This document shows positions 9,223 to 20,033 of a stretch of 64,000 bases of DNA, piece after piece. The notes beneath the pieces were generated by a model, which worked only from the letters and a program-made list of their open reading frames with translations, was not told where the DNA came from and ran no database searches. The DNA lies in the NCBI GenBank assembly GCA_964581115.1, contig CAZOMY010000001.1, positions 325,190 to 389,189 of the forward strand, read 5' to 3'. Position numbers and translations under genes: made by a program. Each line of letters opens with the position of its first letter. The stretch's first letter is position 1. This stretch comes from an uncultured Ignavibacteriaceae bacterium. Its GTDB lineage: Bacteria; Bacteroidota; Ignavibacteria; UBA10030.

Positions 9223-10018
9223 GACGTTGGTCGGAAAGCGAGGACAATAGGATCGCACCCGCCGCGGCAACGTTCAGGGATTCAGCACGTCCGCCGCGGG
9301 GGATGGACACCCGATGTGAGGCCAGTGCCCGGACCGCAGGACTCACGCCATGCGCTTCGCTGCCCACGATGACTGCCGCGCGGTTGCGCGGAGCCCAGCG
9401 GTGCCATGTTCCACCCTCCACCTCGGCGGATGCCAGCGCCACACCCTGGTCCGCCAGCCACCGGCAAGCCGTCGGAAGATCGTCGACCTCGACCGTCACA
9501 AGATGAAAGAGGGATCCCATCGTCGCGCGAACGACCTTCGGATTGCTGATAGAGGCACAACCGGGACCCAGCACAACGCAGGTCAGTCCGAACCAATCGG
9601 CCGTGCGGATGAGCGTACCGACATTGCCGGGGTCGGCGACCGCGTCGAGCACCAGCACATCCCCCCGGCTCGGGACGTCCTGCATCGTCGCACGCCGAAG
9701 GCGCGCAACGGCGAGGATCCCTTGATCCTCGTTGACGTCGCTGAGCGCACGAAGATCGGATGCCCGGCCAGCGCGGACCACGACGGAACGTTCGGTACAC
9801 CGCCGGAGCAGGGAAGGTCCTTGAGGCGGGAGTCGTTCAAGGTCGATGACGACGCGGTCGACGGTCCAAGTTGACGATAACAGCTCTTCTACCGACCTCC
9901 ACCCTTCGACGAGCAGGGTTCCCGACGTCTCACGGCCCTTCTTGGTCGTGAGCGAACGAAGGTGCTTTGTTTCTGACTTCGAAAGCGGACGGAGGTCCGC
10001 GGGCCGGCGATTGCTCAT
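9215..10018 (-). CDS. TrmH/SpoU-family RNA 2'-O-methyltransferase
   Basis: The N-terminus LSKSETKHLRSLTTKKGRE..LVEG and the C-terminal SpoU methylase region (AVIVGSEAHGVS, ESLNVAAAGAILL) are present. The start was chosen at ATG 10018. Position 10027 is a GTG codon. Confidence 0.8.
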   Translation of the reverse strand: MSNRRPADLRPLSKSETKHLRSLTTKKGRETSGTLLVEGWRSVEELLSSTWTVDRVVIDLERLPPQGPSLLRRCTERSVVVRAGRASDLRALSDVNEDQGILAVARLRRATMQDVPSRGDVLVLDAVADPGNVGTLIRTADWFGLTCVVLGPGCASISNPKVVRATMGSLFHLVTVEVDDLPTACRWLADQGVALASAEVEGGTWHRWAPRNRAAVIVGSEAHGVSPAVRALASHRVSIPRGGRAESLNVAAAGAILLSSLSDQRHA

Positions 10019-10038
10019 GGCGTGCACGCTTCGGAGGA

Positions 10039-11916
10039 CTAACGAACGAGGACCATTTTCTTCGTGCTCACGAAATCGCGCACTTGTGCGTTGTCAAGAG
10101 GGTGCGCTTCGAGCTTGAAGAGATAGACGCCGCTGGCCAGTGAACCTGCTTCATAGAGGGTCTCGTATTGTCCGGCTGCTCGTTCACCACTGACGATCGT
10201 GGCCAACCGTTCACCCAGCATGGTGTAAAGGGCGATATCGACCCGGCTTCGGTGCTCCAACGCATACCGGATGATCGTTTGGCCTCCCGTCGGGTCGGAC
10301 GTCGGCTGTTCGAGGGTGAACATCCGTGTCGCCGCGGGCTCCCGCGTGATGACGGGAACGACGGGCGCCGAGAGGAGGCGGAACGAGCCGGTGTCGGGGC
10401 TCCACACCTCCGCCAATCCGTCGCTCACGCTTGTCGTCCATGAGTAGACCTGCTCTAAAGCCAATCGATCACGGCCGAACAATGCGATGCTGGTGTCGGA
10501 GATGCCGGCGATGCTCGTATCGAGACTTCCGCCCCACAGCCGGAGCGTGTACCAAAGCACGTCATCATCATCCGGATCCTGCGCCCCGCGCCAGGCCAGG
10601 TCGACCAGCCGGCCGAACGTGATCCGCGCCGTATCGTGACGCAACGCCGGCGTCGGGTAGACCGGAGGGCGGTTTCGGTCGAGGACCGTGACACGCATGA
10701 CCTCTTCGCTGCTTTGACGTCCATCACCGGCAGAGACGATAATGAGATAGTTGCCTGACTGCTCGTACCCCGGAGTCCACTGCAACGCTCCTCTCACGTC
10801 AACGGCGACCCCTTCCGGAGCAAGTTCGAGGTGGTAGCGCACGGAGTCTCCATCGGGGTCGAGCGCAGGCAGATGGACGATCAGCGGCTCCATTTCGAAG
10901 ACGACGGTATCGCGAATGGTCCTGGAGAACACCGGAGGACGGTTCGTCTCCTCCACATGGATCTGGAACCGGTTCGAGGTGTCGGCAACAGCTCCGTCGG
11001 ACACGACGACCACGCATGAGTAGGCCCCGGCTGCATTGAACCCGGGTGTCCACTCGAACACTCCGGTGTTGGAGAAGAGTTGGAAGCGATAGGAAGCCTC
11101 CACGAGAAAGTAGCTCAGCGAATCGCGGTCAGGGTCTTCAGCCGGTACGGCAATGACCAGCGGGCGGCCTTCGGCTGTCGTCAGGTCCGGCGCCGTCCGG
11201 GAGATCCTTGGCGGCCGATTGATGTGCGCCACCCGGATCCGTCCCCGTTTCATGACGACCTCTTCCCGTCCGTCGGTCACCGCCACTTCCAATGGATAGA
11301 CGCCGGCATCATCATAAGTCGGTTGAAACGTGACGTAGCCTGTCAGCGGCTCGATCGATGCCCCGGTCGGGGCCTGAACGAGCCGATACCGCAGCGTATC
11401 TCCGTCAGCGTCGGTGGCCAGCACGCGGAACCGGAGCAGTTGGCGCTCGTTGATCGTGGTGTCGGGGAATGTGCGGCGTATTTGCGGGGCGTGATTCCTG
11501 AAGAGCAGGATCCGCGTCACCCCGGCTTCCGGCGGCCAACTTCCCCGATACACGAGAGGCCCCCCTACGGTCCTGGCTTCGAACGAATCCCGTCGGGACA
11601 ACACGACCCGAAATCCAAGGCGTTCGCCGTCCACGAGCGTCTCCTGCAATCCCAAGCGTACGCCGAACTGCGAAGGGTTGGAAGGGTAGTGAGCGACCGT
11701 CCGGACGATGCTGCCATCCTCCCGAAGGATACGGACGAAGGCACCGGCGGGCACCGCGGCTCCGTCGAGTTGAATGCTCCCTTCGATCACCATCCGTGGC
11801 CGCTGTGCATGGAGCTGGAACGCCCCGGCCGACGCCACGAGCACGGTCAGAAGTCGTTGAAATACGGTCCAAGGATATGTACGACGTAGCCGCATCACGG
11901 TCGACAGGCGCCGCAT
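10039..11916 (-). CDS. Secreted protein with cadherin-like/Ig-like repeats and a type-A T9SS C-terminal sorting domain
   Basis: It has a signal peptide (TVLVASAGAFQLHAQ). It carries several ~100-aa repeats of the form RFRVLATDADGD..RYRL and RIRVAH.NRPP. The C-terminus is ...GVYLFKLEAH....TKKMVLVR, typical of a T9SS CTD. The ATG overlaps the MCM stop (ATGA). Confidence 0.7.
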   Translation of the reverse strand: MRRLSTVMRLRRTYPWTVFQRLLTVLVASAGAFQLHAQRPRMVIEGSIQLDGAAVPAGAFVRILREDGSIVRTVAHYPSNPSQFGVRLGLQETLVDGERLGFRVVLSRRDSFEARTVGGPLVYRGSWPPEAGVTRILLFRNHAPQIRRTFPDTTINERQLLRFRVLATDADGDTLRYRLVQAPTGASIEPLTGYVTFQPTYDDAGVYPLEVAVTDGREEVVMKRGRIRVAHINRPPRISRTAPDLTTAEGRPLVIAVPAEDPDRDSLSYFLVEASYRFQLFSNTGVFEWTPGFNAAGAYSCVVVVSDGAVADTSNRFQIHVEETNRPPVFSRTIRDTVVFEMEPLIVHLPALDPDGDSVRYHLELAPEGVAVDVRGALQWTPGYEQSGNYLIIVSAGDGRQSSEEVMRVTVLDRNRPPVYPTPALRHDTARITFGRLVDLAWRGAQDPDDDDVLWYTLRLWGGSLDTSIAGISDTSIALFGRDRLALEQVYSWTTSVSDGLAEVWSPDTGSFRLLSAPVVPVITREPAATRMFTLEQPTSDPTGGQTIIRYALEHRSRVDIALYTMLGERLATIVSGERAAGQYETLYEAGSLASGVYLFKLEAHPLDNAQVRDFVSTKKMVLVR

Positions 11917-13571
11917 CAGCCTCCCTCGTACTCACCCCACACGCCGCGGAGGACATCAGAGATCTCGCCGACCGTGGCCTTGGCCTCGACGGCCTCAAGG
12001 ATCGACGGCATGAGGTTGCGATGTTCAACGGCAGCGGAACGAACGCCGGCCAGGGCCCGATGCACGGCCGCGACCTCCCGCGCCTGCTTCATCGCCTTGA
12101 GCGATGCCACCTGCCGGGCGCGCGCGCCTTCGTCGACCTTGAGAGTCTCCGGCTTGACCGTTTCTTCCTGCTGGAATCGGTTGACACCGACGATGACCTT
12201 GTCGCCCCGTTCGATGGCCTGTTGGTATTTGTATGCACTGGCGGCGATCTCGGCCTGCATGTAGCCCTGCTCGATCGCACGCACGGCCCCCCCCAACGCG
12301 TCGATGCGGTCCAGATATTCGCGCGCCTTCGTCTCGATCTGATCGGTCAGCGACTCGACGTAGTAGGACCCGCCCAACGGGTCGGGCGTTTCCGTCACGC
12401 CCGATTCAAACCCGATGACCTGCTGCGTGCGCAGCGCCAGACGTGCGGATTCGGCCGTGGGGAGCGCCAGCGCTTCGTCGCGACCGTTGGTGTGCAACGA
12501 CTGGCACCCGCCCAGGACCGCGGCGAGAGCCTGGACCGTCACGCGAACGACGTTGGTATCGATCTGCTGCGCCGCGAGGGTCGCGCCGCCGGTCTGAGCG
12601 TGGAAGCGCAGGCGCTGGCTTTCGGGCGATCTCGCGCCGAAGCGATCACGCATCAATCGCGCCCACAGTCTGCGGGCGGCGCGAAACTTCGCCACCTCCT
12701 CGAAGAAATGATTGTGTGCATTGAAAAAGAACGAGATCTGAGGCGCGATATCGTCTACGGCAAGCCCTCGGTCGACCGCGGCCTGCACGTACGCGACCGC
12801 GTTGGCGATCGTGAAAGCGAGTTCCTGCACCGCCGTCGAGCCCGCCTCGCGAATGTGGTACCCGCTGATGGAGATCGTGTTCCACTTCGGGAGCACGTCG
12901 CGACACCAAGCCATCAGGTCGGTCACGAGCCGAAGGGAGGGAGCGGGAGGATAAATGTACGTCCCGCGCGCCGCATATTCCTTCAGAATGTCGTTCTGCA
13001 CCGTACCGGAAAGCTTGCGGAGGTCGGCTCCCTGCTCTTTCGCAACGGCGACGTACAACGCCAGCAGGGTCGACGCCGTGGCATTGATCGTCATCGAAGT
13101 CGACACATCCTGCAGTCGTATTCCATTGAAGAGGACCCGCATGTCATCGATCGAATCGATCGCAACGCCCACCTTCCCCACTTCGCCCTCGGACATCGGA
13201 TGGTCGGAATCGTAGCCGATCTGCGTCGGCAGGTCGAATGCGACCGAGAGTCCCGTCGTGCCGCTCTGGATAAGATAGCGATAGCGCTCGTTCGATTCCT
13301 CAGCCGTCCCGAAGCCGGCATACTGCCGCATCGTCCACAAACGGCTCCGGTACATCGTCGGATAGACGCCTCGCGTGAAGGGGAACTCGCCGGGAAAACC
13401 CAGGTCCTCGAAGTACGATTGGTCCCGGGGGACATACACCGGATCGATCGGTATGCCGGAGTCGGTCGCGAACGCCGGCTTGCGTTCGCCGCCGCGCTTC
13501 ATTGATGGGCCGCGCGTTTCGCGCTCCCATCGTTCGATGTCGTGCGTTGTGATCTTGTCGATGCCGCTCAT
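11916..13571 (-). CDS. Methylmalonyl-CoA mutase family protein: catalytic (CoA-binding TIM-barrel) subunit with no fused B12-binding domain
   Basis: ~550 aa, with strong MCM N-domain similarity ([45 protein letters not shown]). The start was chosen at ATG 13571 ([15 protein letters not shown]). The ORF extends to 13655, where it would overlap comEC. Confidence 0.85.
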   Translation of the reverse strand: MSGIDKITTHDIERWERETRGPSMKRGGERKPAFATDSGIPIDPVYVPRDQSYFEDLGFPGEFPFTRGVYPTMYRSRLWTMRQYAGFGTAEESNERYRYLIQSGTTGLSVAFDLPTQIGYDSDHPMSEGEVGKVGVAIDSIDDMRVLFNGIRLQDVSTSMTINATASTLLALYVAVAKEQGADLRKLSGTVQNDILKEYAARGTYIYPPAPSLRLVTDLMAWCRDVLPKWNTISISGYHIREAGSTAVQELAFTIANAVAYVQAAVDRGLAVDDIAPQISFFFNAHNHFFEEVAKFRAARRLWARLMRDRFGARSPESQRLRFHAQTGGATLAAQQIDTNVVRVTVQALAAVLGGCQSLHTNGRDEALALPTAESARLALRTQQVIGFESGVTETPDPLGGSYYVESLTDQIETKAREYLDRIDALGGAVRAIEQGYMQAEIAASAYKYQQAIERGDKVIVGVNRFQQEETVKPETLKVDEGARARQVASLKAMKQAREVAAVHRALAGVRSAAVEHRNLMPSILEAVEAKATVGEISDVLRGVWGEYEGG

Positions 13572-13587
13572 ACGCAGTGATCCTCTG

Positions 13588-15924
13588 TCAGTGGTCGAAC
13601 CGGCCCCAGACGTGCTTGCGCCAACGTCGGCCGTCCGTTGTGAGCCACGCCGCACCCTCCTCCATCGTCAGGGTGACAATGATCCGGCGCTCATGAAACA
13701 ACGACAATCGCGCCGGAGACGGGTGGCCGAACGAATTACCCCGTCCGACCGAGATCACGGCCTGCTCCGGCCGCACACGATCGAGCCACCGAGGCGTCGT
13801 TCCCGTATTACTGCCGTGATGGGCCACCTTCAGCACGTCGGAACGCACGAAATCGCCGTATCGCCGCAGGACCTCATCCTCACCATCTTCCTCCAAATCG
13901 CCGGTCAGGAGCATCGACGCTTCTCCGGCCAGCAGTCGGATGACTACTGACCGATCATTCGCCGATCGGCTCACGGGAACAGGCCCGGGATGGAGCACAT
14001 ACAGGCGCACGGACGGATCGACTGAGACCTGTTCGCCCCGCCGCACCGTTCGGACGCGGACACCTTTTGAACGTACGAGGCGAAGGATCTCCGGTCCGGC
14101 CTCAACGCTGTCGCTGAGGGTCAATGTACGCACCGGAAGACGGTCGAGCAACCGTCCCAATCCGCCCGCATGGTCGCGATGACCATGCGTGATCACAACC
14201 TCGTCCAACGCTTTGACACCGAGTCGCTGGAGCAGCGGTACGATCGTTCGGTCCGCTGCGAACTCCGAAGGACCGGTGTCGACGAGGATGTTCGCCCCGC
14301 CGAACGTCTTGATGAGGTGTGCATCCCCCTGTCCAACGTCGATGGTGATGACCTGCGCCAACGGACGATCTCCGGCAACGATGGGACGCCAGATCGCAAC
14401 GACGCTCAACGCGCATGCACACGCCAGCAGACCGCGCCGAAGACCCGGGAGCGTTCCGCTGGCAATGACCCCAAGGAAGGCATACAGCGTCGCCATGGTC
14501 CAGGGATCGGGACGAGTCGACCCAACGGCGGCCATCGGCACAGATGCTCCCGTGCGGACAATGCCGAGCAGCAGGTCCATCACCAGGTCGTTAACGCCGG
14601 CGTAGACCGACGCCGCCCAGGTAGAGAGCGGCATGACGAGCAGTTCGATCACGCCGAACACGAGCGCGGCGCCCGACAGCGGGACGACCGCGAGATTCGC
14701 CACGACCGAGACGAGCGATATCTGACCGAAGATCGACATCGTCAAGGGCAAGGTACCGACCTGGGCCGCGGCCGAAACCGCCAGCAGTTGTACAACAGCG
14801 CGAACGACGTCGTGATCGCGGAATTCTTCCGGCAGCCGGTTCAACCAGGGCTCCAACAACGGCGAACCGATCACGATCGCCAGGACCGAGATGAACGACA
14901 GCTGAAAGCCAACATCGAACAACGACCGCGGGTCGAGCAACAGCAGCAGAACGGCCGCCACTGCCAACGACTGAAAAACGTCGGCTCGACGGCCGGTCAC
15001 GCCCGACGTAAGGACGACGATGGCCATGATACTCGCCCGAACGACGGAGGGGCTCGATCCCGTAACCCAGGCATAGAACAGGACCGATATCACGGCCGCG
15101 CCGAAGGCCGCACGCCGGCGTAATCGCACCAAGCCTGCCGTCACCAGGGCAACAAGGGCGATCAGGGCCACATTGCCTCCCGACACGGCGAGAATGTGAA
15201 CGGTGCCAGTAGCCAGAAATGCCGACCTCAGGTCCTCCGCCAGGTCCGCTCGGTAACCCAAGATCACGCCCTTGAGAAAGGCGGCTCGGTCTCCGGCGTG
15301 TAGTCTGTCGATCGACGTATAAGCGAGAGATTGAACCCGTCCCAGCACGAGATGCGGGTGGAACCCCTCCGTTGTCGGCACGCGGACCGCCTCGCGGGCG
15401 CGGATCACGACGTCGATGCCCGACATCGACAATACGGACCCGTAGTCCATCTCCCCCGGATTTCGCGGACGCGGAAACGGCTCGACAGAGCCGCGAAGGA
15501 GCCAAACGTCGCCGACCTCGGGGTGCAACGACGCGGAACGGTCCCCCTCACGCGGCACCGAGATGCGGGCACGCACGACCGGACGATCGCACATCAATTC
15601 GTGCGGAAGGCGAACGTCGGCGATGCAACTCCACGAACGCTCACGCTGGACCGGAGGGTCGACGATACGCGCGGTGAATGGCAACTCGACACCGGGTCCC
15701 GTCGGTCCGGGTCGCGCCGCGCTGGCCGCGCGTGTCACGTCGGCGTACCAGGTCATGCCGCCGAAGCTCAGACTCACAAGCAAGGCGGCATCCGCGGCCG
15801 CCGAACCGGCCCGGCGCAGAACAAGAGCGGCAATGAATGAGAGGACGAGGAGGGCGTACGAGATGGACGGCGGCCATCCGAGCGCATCGGAGGCCGCGAT
15901 ACCCGCGGCAAGCACCACCGCCAT
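13588..15924 (-). CDS. comEC: DNA internalization-related competence protein ComEC/Rec2 (polytopic membrane domain plus a C-terminal MBL-fold domain)
   Basis: It has many TM segments and the ComEC core. The C-terminal metallo-beta-lactamase motif is [12 protein letters not shown]. The start was chosen at ATG 15924 ([17 protein letters not shown]), because the longer ORF (to 16248) would overlap the upstream gene by 290 bp. Confidence 0.85.
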   Translation of the reverse strand: MAVVLAAGIAASDALGWPPSISYALLVLSFIAALVLRRAGSAAADAALLVSLSFGGMTWYADVTRAASAARPGPTGPGVELPFTARIVDPPVQRERSWSCIADVRLPHELMCDRPVVRARISVPREGDRSASLHPEVGDVWLLRGSVEPFPRPRNPGEMDYGSVLSMSGIDVVIRAREAVRVPTTEGFHPHLVLGRVQSLAYTSIDRLHAGDRAAFLKGVILGYRADLAEDLRSAFLATGTVHILAVSGGNVALIALVALVTAGLVRLRRRAAFGAAVISVLFYAWVTGSSPSVVRASIMAIVVLTSGVTGRRADVFQSLAVAAVLLLLLDPRSLFDVGFQLSFISVLAIVIGSPLLEPWLNRLPEEFRDHDVVRAVVQLLAVSAAAQVGTLPLTMSIFGQISLVSVVANLAVVPLSGAALVFGVIELLVMPLSTWAASVYAGVNDLVMDLLLGIVRTGASVPMAAVGSTRPDPWTMATLYAFLGVIASGTLPGLRRGLLACACALSVVAIWRPIVAGDRPLAQVITIDVGQGDAHLIKTFGGANILVDTGPSEFAADRTIVPLLQRLGVKALDEVVITHGHRDHAGGLGRLLDRLPVRTLTLSDSVEAGPEILRLVRSKGVRVRTVRRGEQVSVDPSVRLYVLHPGPVPVSRSANDRSVVIRLLAGEASMLLTGDLEEDGEDEVLRRYGDFVRSDVLKVAHHGSNTGTTPRWLDRVRPEQAVISVGRGNSFGHPSPARLSLFHERRIIVTLTMEEGAAWLTTDGRRWRKHVWGRFDH

Positions 15925-15956
15925 CCGAACCGCAGGCCGTGGAGCGAGCCATCCCC

Positions 15957-16868
15957 CTAAGGTGCGATGTTCAGGAGTTCGAGGACACACGGTGACACGT
16001 GTGTCAGGTTGCGAATACGGTCGGCACACCTCCGATGTCCGTGGCCGAGCGCAAGGCAGGGCACGGGATTCCGGGTGTGCATCTTCGTGCTCAGATCTTC
16101 GACATTCCCGTGATCGCTGATGGCCATCAGGAGCGTCGATGTCGGATCGACCGCCTCGAGTAATCCGCCCAGGAATGCATCGAGCCGTTCCAGCGACGTC
16201 ACGGCCCGCGACATGTCTTGGGCGTGCCCGACGTGATCGGTGATCCAATAGTCGAACACGGTCAGATCGTGGTCGGCGATGATCTCCGCCGCGTGCTCTC
16301 CCGCGACCTCGGGCGTCACCGGTTCCACGTTGGTATGTCCCATCTCCTTCCAGCGGTCGCGTACGAGATCGGCCGAGACCGCCCGGCCGGCCGCGAGGTC
16401 TTCGGCGGTCCTGAGCGGGATCTCGGCAGCGAGCGAAGCCATCGTCGGAACATTCAGTCGTCTCGTTCCCGATGCCGTGTAATCAAAGAACCGCTGGGGA
16501 AAAGCGTTCGCCAGGACCGCGCGCTTTCCTGCATCGCGAACGCGCCGGAAGAGGCTGCGCTCGGCAATGATCGGACGAAGACTGGTGGGGGGATACGGGC
16601 CGAAGTGACGGCCAAAACGCCTTGCGCCGTTGACACCTGTGAAGATCGCCGTCTGTCCGGTACCGCTTTGCGGGAGCCCGGGCATGCGCAGGTTCGCATC
16701 AACGGGGTGGAGCGACGCAAGGCTTGTCTGACGACGGCGATCACGGAGATGGGGGATGTCTCCAAGCAAGGATCGAAGGACGGGGAGACGAGCGACGAAG
16801 AAGGGATTCCGATCGGGATCGGCGGGACCGATGCCCACCCCGTCCAGGAACAGCAGGAAGACCTTCAC
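15957..16868 (-). CDS. Metalloenzyme-superfamily protein (phosphopentomutase / cofactor-independent PGM-like, PF01676-type)
   Basis: 303 aa. The N-terminus [22 protein letters not shown] resembles the metal-binding start of DeoB/iPGM-like enzymes. The later region MAISDHGN looks like the conserved metal ligands. The start is GTG. The gene overlaps the dtd stop by 4 nt. Confidence 0.55.
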   Translation of the reverse strand: MKVFLLFLDGVGIGPADPDRNPFFVARLPVLRSLLGDIPHLRDRRRQTSLASLHPVDANLRMPGLPQSGTGQTAIFTGVNGARRFGRHFGPYPPTSLRPIIAERSLFRRVRDAGKRAVLANAFPQRFFDYTASGTRRLNVPTMASLAAEIPLRTAEDLAAGRAVSADLVRDRWKEMGHTNVEPVTPEVAGEHAAEIIADHDLTVFDYWITDHVGHAQDMSRAVTSLERLDAFLGGLLEAVDPTSTLLMAISDHGNVEDLSTKMHTRNPVPCLALGHGHRRCADRIRNLTHVSPCVLELLNIAP

Positions 16869-17329
16869 CCCCGACCTCCCCCGGGAAGGATCTCCAGTTG
16901 GACGGTGACGGGCCCGTCGTTCACGAGTTCCACTTGCATCATCGCGCCGAAGGTTCCTGACGGAACGGGTCGACCGCCGAGTTCGCGTCGGAGCGCTTCT
17001 ATGAACCGTTCGTACAGGCGCTCAGCCTTTTCCGGCGGCGCGGCATCGGTATAGCTGGGGCGTGTTCCTCGGCGCGTGTCGGCATACAGCGTGAACTGCG
17101 ACACGACCAGCGCATCGCCGCCGACATCGCGAACGGATCGATTCATTTTTCCTTCCTCATCCGGAAAGATCCGCAGGACCGCGCATCGTGCGGCCAACTC
17201 GTCAGCCGCCGATTCTGCGTCATCGCGGTGAACGCCTAAGAGGATGAGCAGGCCGGGTCCGATCGAGCCGACCACACGGCCATCGACGGATACGGAAGCC
17301 TGCGAGACCCTCTGCAAGACGGCCTTCAT
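16865..17329 (-). CDS. dtd: D-aminoacyl-tRNA deacylase
   Basis: 154 aa. [17 protein letters not shown]...[10 protein letters not shown] and [16 protein letters not shown] form a canonical DTD signature. The ATG was verified. Confidence 0.9.
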   Translation of the reverse strand: MKAVLQRVSQASVSVDGRVVGSIGPGLLILLGVHRDDAESAADELAARCAVLRIFPDEEGKMNRSVRDVGGDALVVSQFTLYADTRRGTRPSYTDAAPPEKAERLYERFIEALRRELGGRPVPSGTFGAMMQVELVNDGPVTVQLEILPGGGRG

Positions 17330-18231
17330 TCTTTGAGGTTCCGAGGTTCGAACCAGGCTGATACAACCCTTTCGATCTGCTGCAGGTCGCGATGAGAGCG
17401 GATCTGGGTCGCTCCCGACTCATCGCAGAGGCGCATTACCTCGTTGGCCTGATCGTGTCCAACCTCCATAACGAGCGGTCCAGGCCGATGAAGCAGATCG
17501 GGCATCGCTTCGATGATCCGGCGAATGCATCGAAATCCGTCAGCCCCGTCGGTCAAGGCGCGTTGCGGCTCCTGGTTGCGGATGTGTGGCTCGAGCGTTT
17601 CCCACTCGAGGAGCGGAATGTACGGCGGATTACTCGCAACGATATCGAAGCGTGACCGGAGCCATTCGGGCAGTGGCTCGAAGACGTCCCACTCGATCAT
17701 CTCGATTCGATCGGCCAATCCGTGGTCGTTGACGTTTGAGAGGGCGACCTCGAGTGAACCGGGATGAACATCGACTCCGACCGCCTGGAGCTCCTTGACA
17801 TACTTCACGGCGGCCACCGCGATGTTGCCGCTTCCGGTTCCCACGTCGAGCATTCGAAGCGTCTGCCCGGGTGGCTGTTCTTTCGCCCAGAGCATGATCC
17901 ACTCCACGAGCGTCTCGGTCTCGGGTCGGGGGATGAGGACGCGCGGATCGACCCGCAGCGAGAGACCCATGAAATGGGCGGAACCGACGATGTATTGCAC
18001 GGGCTCGCCCCGAAGGCGCCGCAGGAGGACCCTCCGGAAGGCCTCCAACTCGGCGGTCTGCACCGGGAGCTCGAAGCCGGTGTAAAGCTCGATTCGCGGA
18101 CGCCGGAGCACGTGCGCGAGCAACAACTCGACGGTCAGGCGAGCCTCGTCGAGGCCACGCTGCTGCAGGTGGTCGATCGTCACGCGCATGAGCTCCCGCA
18201 CCGTCCATTGACGGGTGGAAGAGTCGAACAT
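17326..18231 (-). CDS. prmC: Peptide chain release factor N5-glutamine methyltransferase PrmC/HemK
   Basis: It has an SAM-binding region ([11 protein letters not shown]) and the NPPY catalytic motif (VASNPPYIP). The start was chosen at ATG 18231. The ORF-track start at 18240 is a TTG codon. Confidence 0.88.
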   Translation of the reverse strand: MFDSSTRQWTVRELMRVTIDHLQQRGLDEARLTVELLLAHVLRRPRIELYTGFELPVQTAELEAFRRVLLRRLRGEPVQYIVGSAHFMGLSLRVDPRVLIPRPETETLVEWIMLWAKEQPPGQTLRMLDVGTGSGNIAVAAVKYVKELQAVGVDVHPGSLEVALSNVNDHGLADRIEMIEWDVFEPLPEWLRSRFDIVASNPPYIPLLEWETLEPHIRNQEPQRALTDGADGFRCIRRIIEAMPDLLHRPGPLVMEVGHDQANEVMRLCDESGATQIRSHRDLQQIERVVSAWFEPRNLKE

Positions 18232-18236
18232 GCGGA

Positions 18237-18692
18237 TCAACGTTTGCGCCGCTTTGAAGTCCGGGTCGCCGGCTTCGTAGCGGACGTCGTGCCCCTCGGT
18301 GGTCGGTGTGTACCGTTCGAGCCTCTTTTTGCGCCCACCGATCTTGTCTCGGACAGGTGGCGCAAGGACAGGCTCGGCATTTCGTCCTCATCGTCCTCCG
18401 GCTGTCGTACAAGACGGCGGAGTGAGACGGTCCAGGATGACCAGATCCCCATGTTGACCAGGTCATCTTCCCGCTCTTCTTCCCCGGTTTCTCCGTCCAC
18501 ATCGTCGGCGCGGTCAACGTGGAACCGGGGATCGCATTCGAGCATGGCCGCGAAGTCGGCAAGCGCGCACATTTCGAAGCCGTCGGCGCGCGACCGCTTC
18601 GAGACCGATTCCCAGAGCGAGCGGAGCGGAACAGGGGTCGATGAACCTGCGGCAAGCACCTGGGCCGCGGCATGGAGGGTTCGTTCGAACAC
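18237..18692 (-). CDS. Hypothetical acidic protein with a basic C-terminal tail; weakly supported
   Basis: A 151-aa ORF fills the otherwise empty 515-bp gap between prmC and the MFS gene. Its stop lies 5 nt before the prmC ATG. It has no in-frame ATG near its start (GTG at 18692). The composition is DDVDGETGEEEREDD plus a KRRKR tail. No family was recognised. Confidence 0.3.
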   Translation of the reverse strand: MFERTLHAAAQVLAAGSSTPVPLRSLWESVSKRSRADGFEMCALADFAAMLECDPRFHVDRADDVDGETGEEEREDDLVNMGIWSSWTVSLRRLVRQPEDDEDEMPSLSLRHLSETRSVGAKRGSNGTHRPPRGTTSATKPATRTSKRRKR

Positions 18693-18755
18693 GGGGCTGG
18701 CGGCCGGCCGTGTGGACCGGACCGCATGAAAAGGTAGGAGTTCTGCGGTGAACTG

Positions 18756-19976
18756 TCAAGCCGGGCCGGGCGAACGCACCCGTTGAAGCAACGCCAGGCC
18801 GAGCATGATCGACGCGATGGCGACGAGAAAGACCATCTCGTACCCCCAACGTTCTGCAACGGAGCCGGCGGCCACGGTCAACCCCTGCCACGGTGCAAGC
18901 CAAACGTTGATCAGTCCGATATAGAGAGCCCGCTCGTCGGGCGATGAGATCTCGGCCGCAAAATTGTAGCGAGCCATCATCTCGGCACCGAGCGGCACAC
19001 CAAGCGCAACGAATGCAACGACCATCCATTCCGGCGTCGTCGCCGCGCTCGCAATACCCAGGGCTACCGCCGAGCTGAGCCCGCAGATCGTCAACGGCAC
19101 GATGGCACCTCTCCGATCGGTCAACCATCCAAGAACGCCGCCGCCGAGCATCTGCGCTGCGACCACAACGACGGTGTAGATGCCTACGGCCGAACCATCA
19201 GCACCGAACCGTACCGCGGCCGAAGGCAGGACGAACACGACGGCACTCGCCCCAGCGGTGACGAGTCCCCAGGCCAACAAAAAGCGACGAAGCCGGCGAT
19301 CGGTCCGGACGATGCGCACGATGTCGGCGAACCGATGGCGCTCTTCCCGCTCCGCCCCGCTCATGCGCACCGTCTCTTCGACTCGCCACTGTACGACGAG
19401 CGACACCATCTGGAAGACGAACGCCACGACGAAGGCAGCCGACATTCCCCATGAGAATCCGAACACAGCCAGCGCAGCGGTCAGAAAGAACGAGTTCACA
19501 AACGAAAGCATTGCTCCTGTCGCGGAGCGCCATCCAAGCAGGCGGCCTCTCCCGTTGGGTGAGGTCGTGCGTGTGACCAAGTCGAACCAGAGCGGCGAAA
19601 CGAGACCAGCCCAAAACTGATTAAGGGCCAGCAGGATGAGGAAGGCGGCGAGCGGCCAGGCGGTCGCGTGGGCGGCGGCGAACGCGATGACGACCGCCAT
19701 GCCAAGGATGTGGAGACGCTGGACGAGGCCGCCGAGCACAACCCACGGCTTGAGGAAGGGGAGCGATCTCGCGCGAAGCGCTGAGAAGATCTGCGGCGCG
19801 TAGAACGCGAAGTACATGACCAGCGGCAGCAGGCCGACGACAGCGGCCGAGCCCCCCAGTTGCAGAACGATCGCCGGGATGACGGTCGGCCCCGCGATGA
19901 AGGCGCCGCTGGAGATGTAAAGGGTCCCCTCGACGAAATGGAGTCGGGCGTTACGTCGTTGTCGATCGTGTTCCAT
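18756..19976 (-). CDS. MFS transporter
   Basis: It has 12 predicted hydrophobic segments and MFS-like loop motifs. The start was chosen at the verified ATG 19976 (MEHDRQRRN). The ORF extends to 20024, where it would run into the upstream terminator. Confidence 0.8.
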   Translation of the reverse strand: MEHDRQRRNARLHFVEGTLYISSGAFIAGPTVIPAIVLQLGGSAAVVGLLPLVMYFAFYAPQIFSALRARSLPFLKPWVVLGGLVQRLHILGMAVVIAFAAAHATAWPLAAFLILLALNQFWAGLVSPLWFDLVTRTTSPNGRGRLLGWRSATGAMLSFVNSFFLTAALAVFGFSWGMSAAFVVAFVFQMVSLVVQWRVEETVRMSGAEREERHRFADIVRIVRTDRRLRRFLLAWGLVTAGASAVVFVLPSAAVRFGADGSAVGIYTVVVVAAQMLGGGVLGWLTDRRGAIVPLTICGLSSAVALGIASAATTPEWMVVAFVALGVPLGAEMMARYNFAAEISSPDERALYIGLINVWLAPWQGLTVAAGSVAERWGYEMVFLVAIASIMLGLALLQRVRSPGPA

Positions 19977-19983
19977 GGAACAC

Positions 19984-20008
19984 AAAAAAAGGCCGCCGAC
20001 GGCGGCCT
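19984..20008 (-). terminator. Rho-independent terminator after the response-regulator gene
   Basis: On the minus strand: GGCCGCCG-tc-GGCGGCC followed by TTTTTTT. It lies 26 bp after the 20034 stop and directly upstream of the MFS ATG. Confidence 0.6.
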
Positions 20009-20033
20009 CGGGGCATCCGTGCACCCGGATCGG

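Noticed and set aside
11796-13505. 569-aa plus-strand ORF covering the methylmalonyl-CoA mutase gene region
   Set aside because: It is antisense to a strongly supported MCM catalytic-subunit gene. Its translation is Arg/Gly/Asp-rich with no motifs. It is a GC artefact.
14170-15123. 317-aa plus-strand ORF inside comEC
   Set aside because: It is antisense to comEC. The translation is a low-complexity R/D/Q/E-rich string typical of the reverse frame of a membrane protein gene in high-GC DNA.
17764-18729. 321-aa plus-strand ORF overlapping prmC and the gap upstream of it
   Set aside because: It overlaps the verified PrmC frame on the opposite strand and has an Arg/Ser-rich low-complexity translation. 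The minus-strand small ORF at 18237..18692 is retained instead, though only with low confidence.
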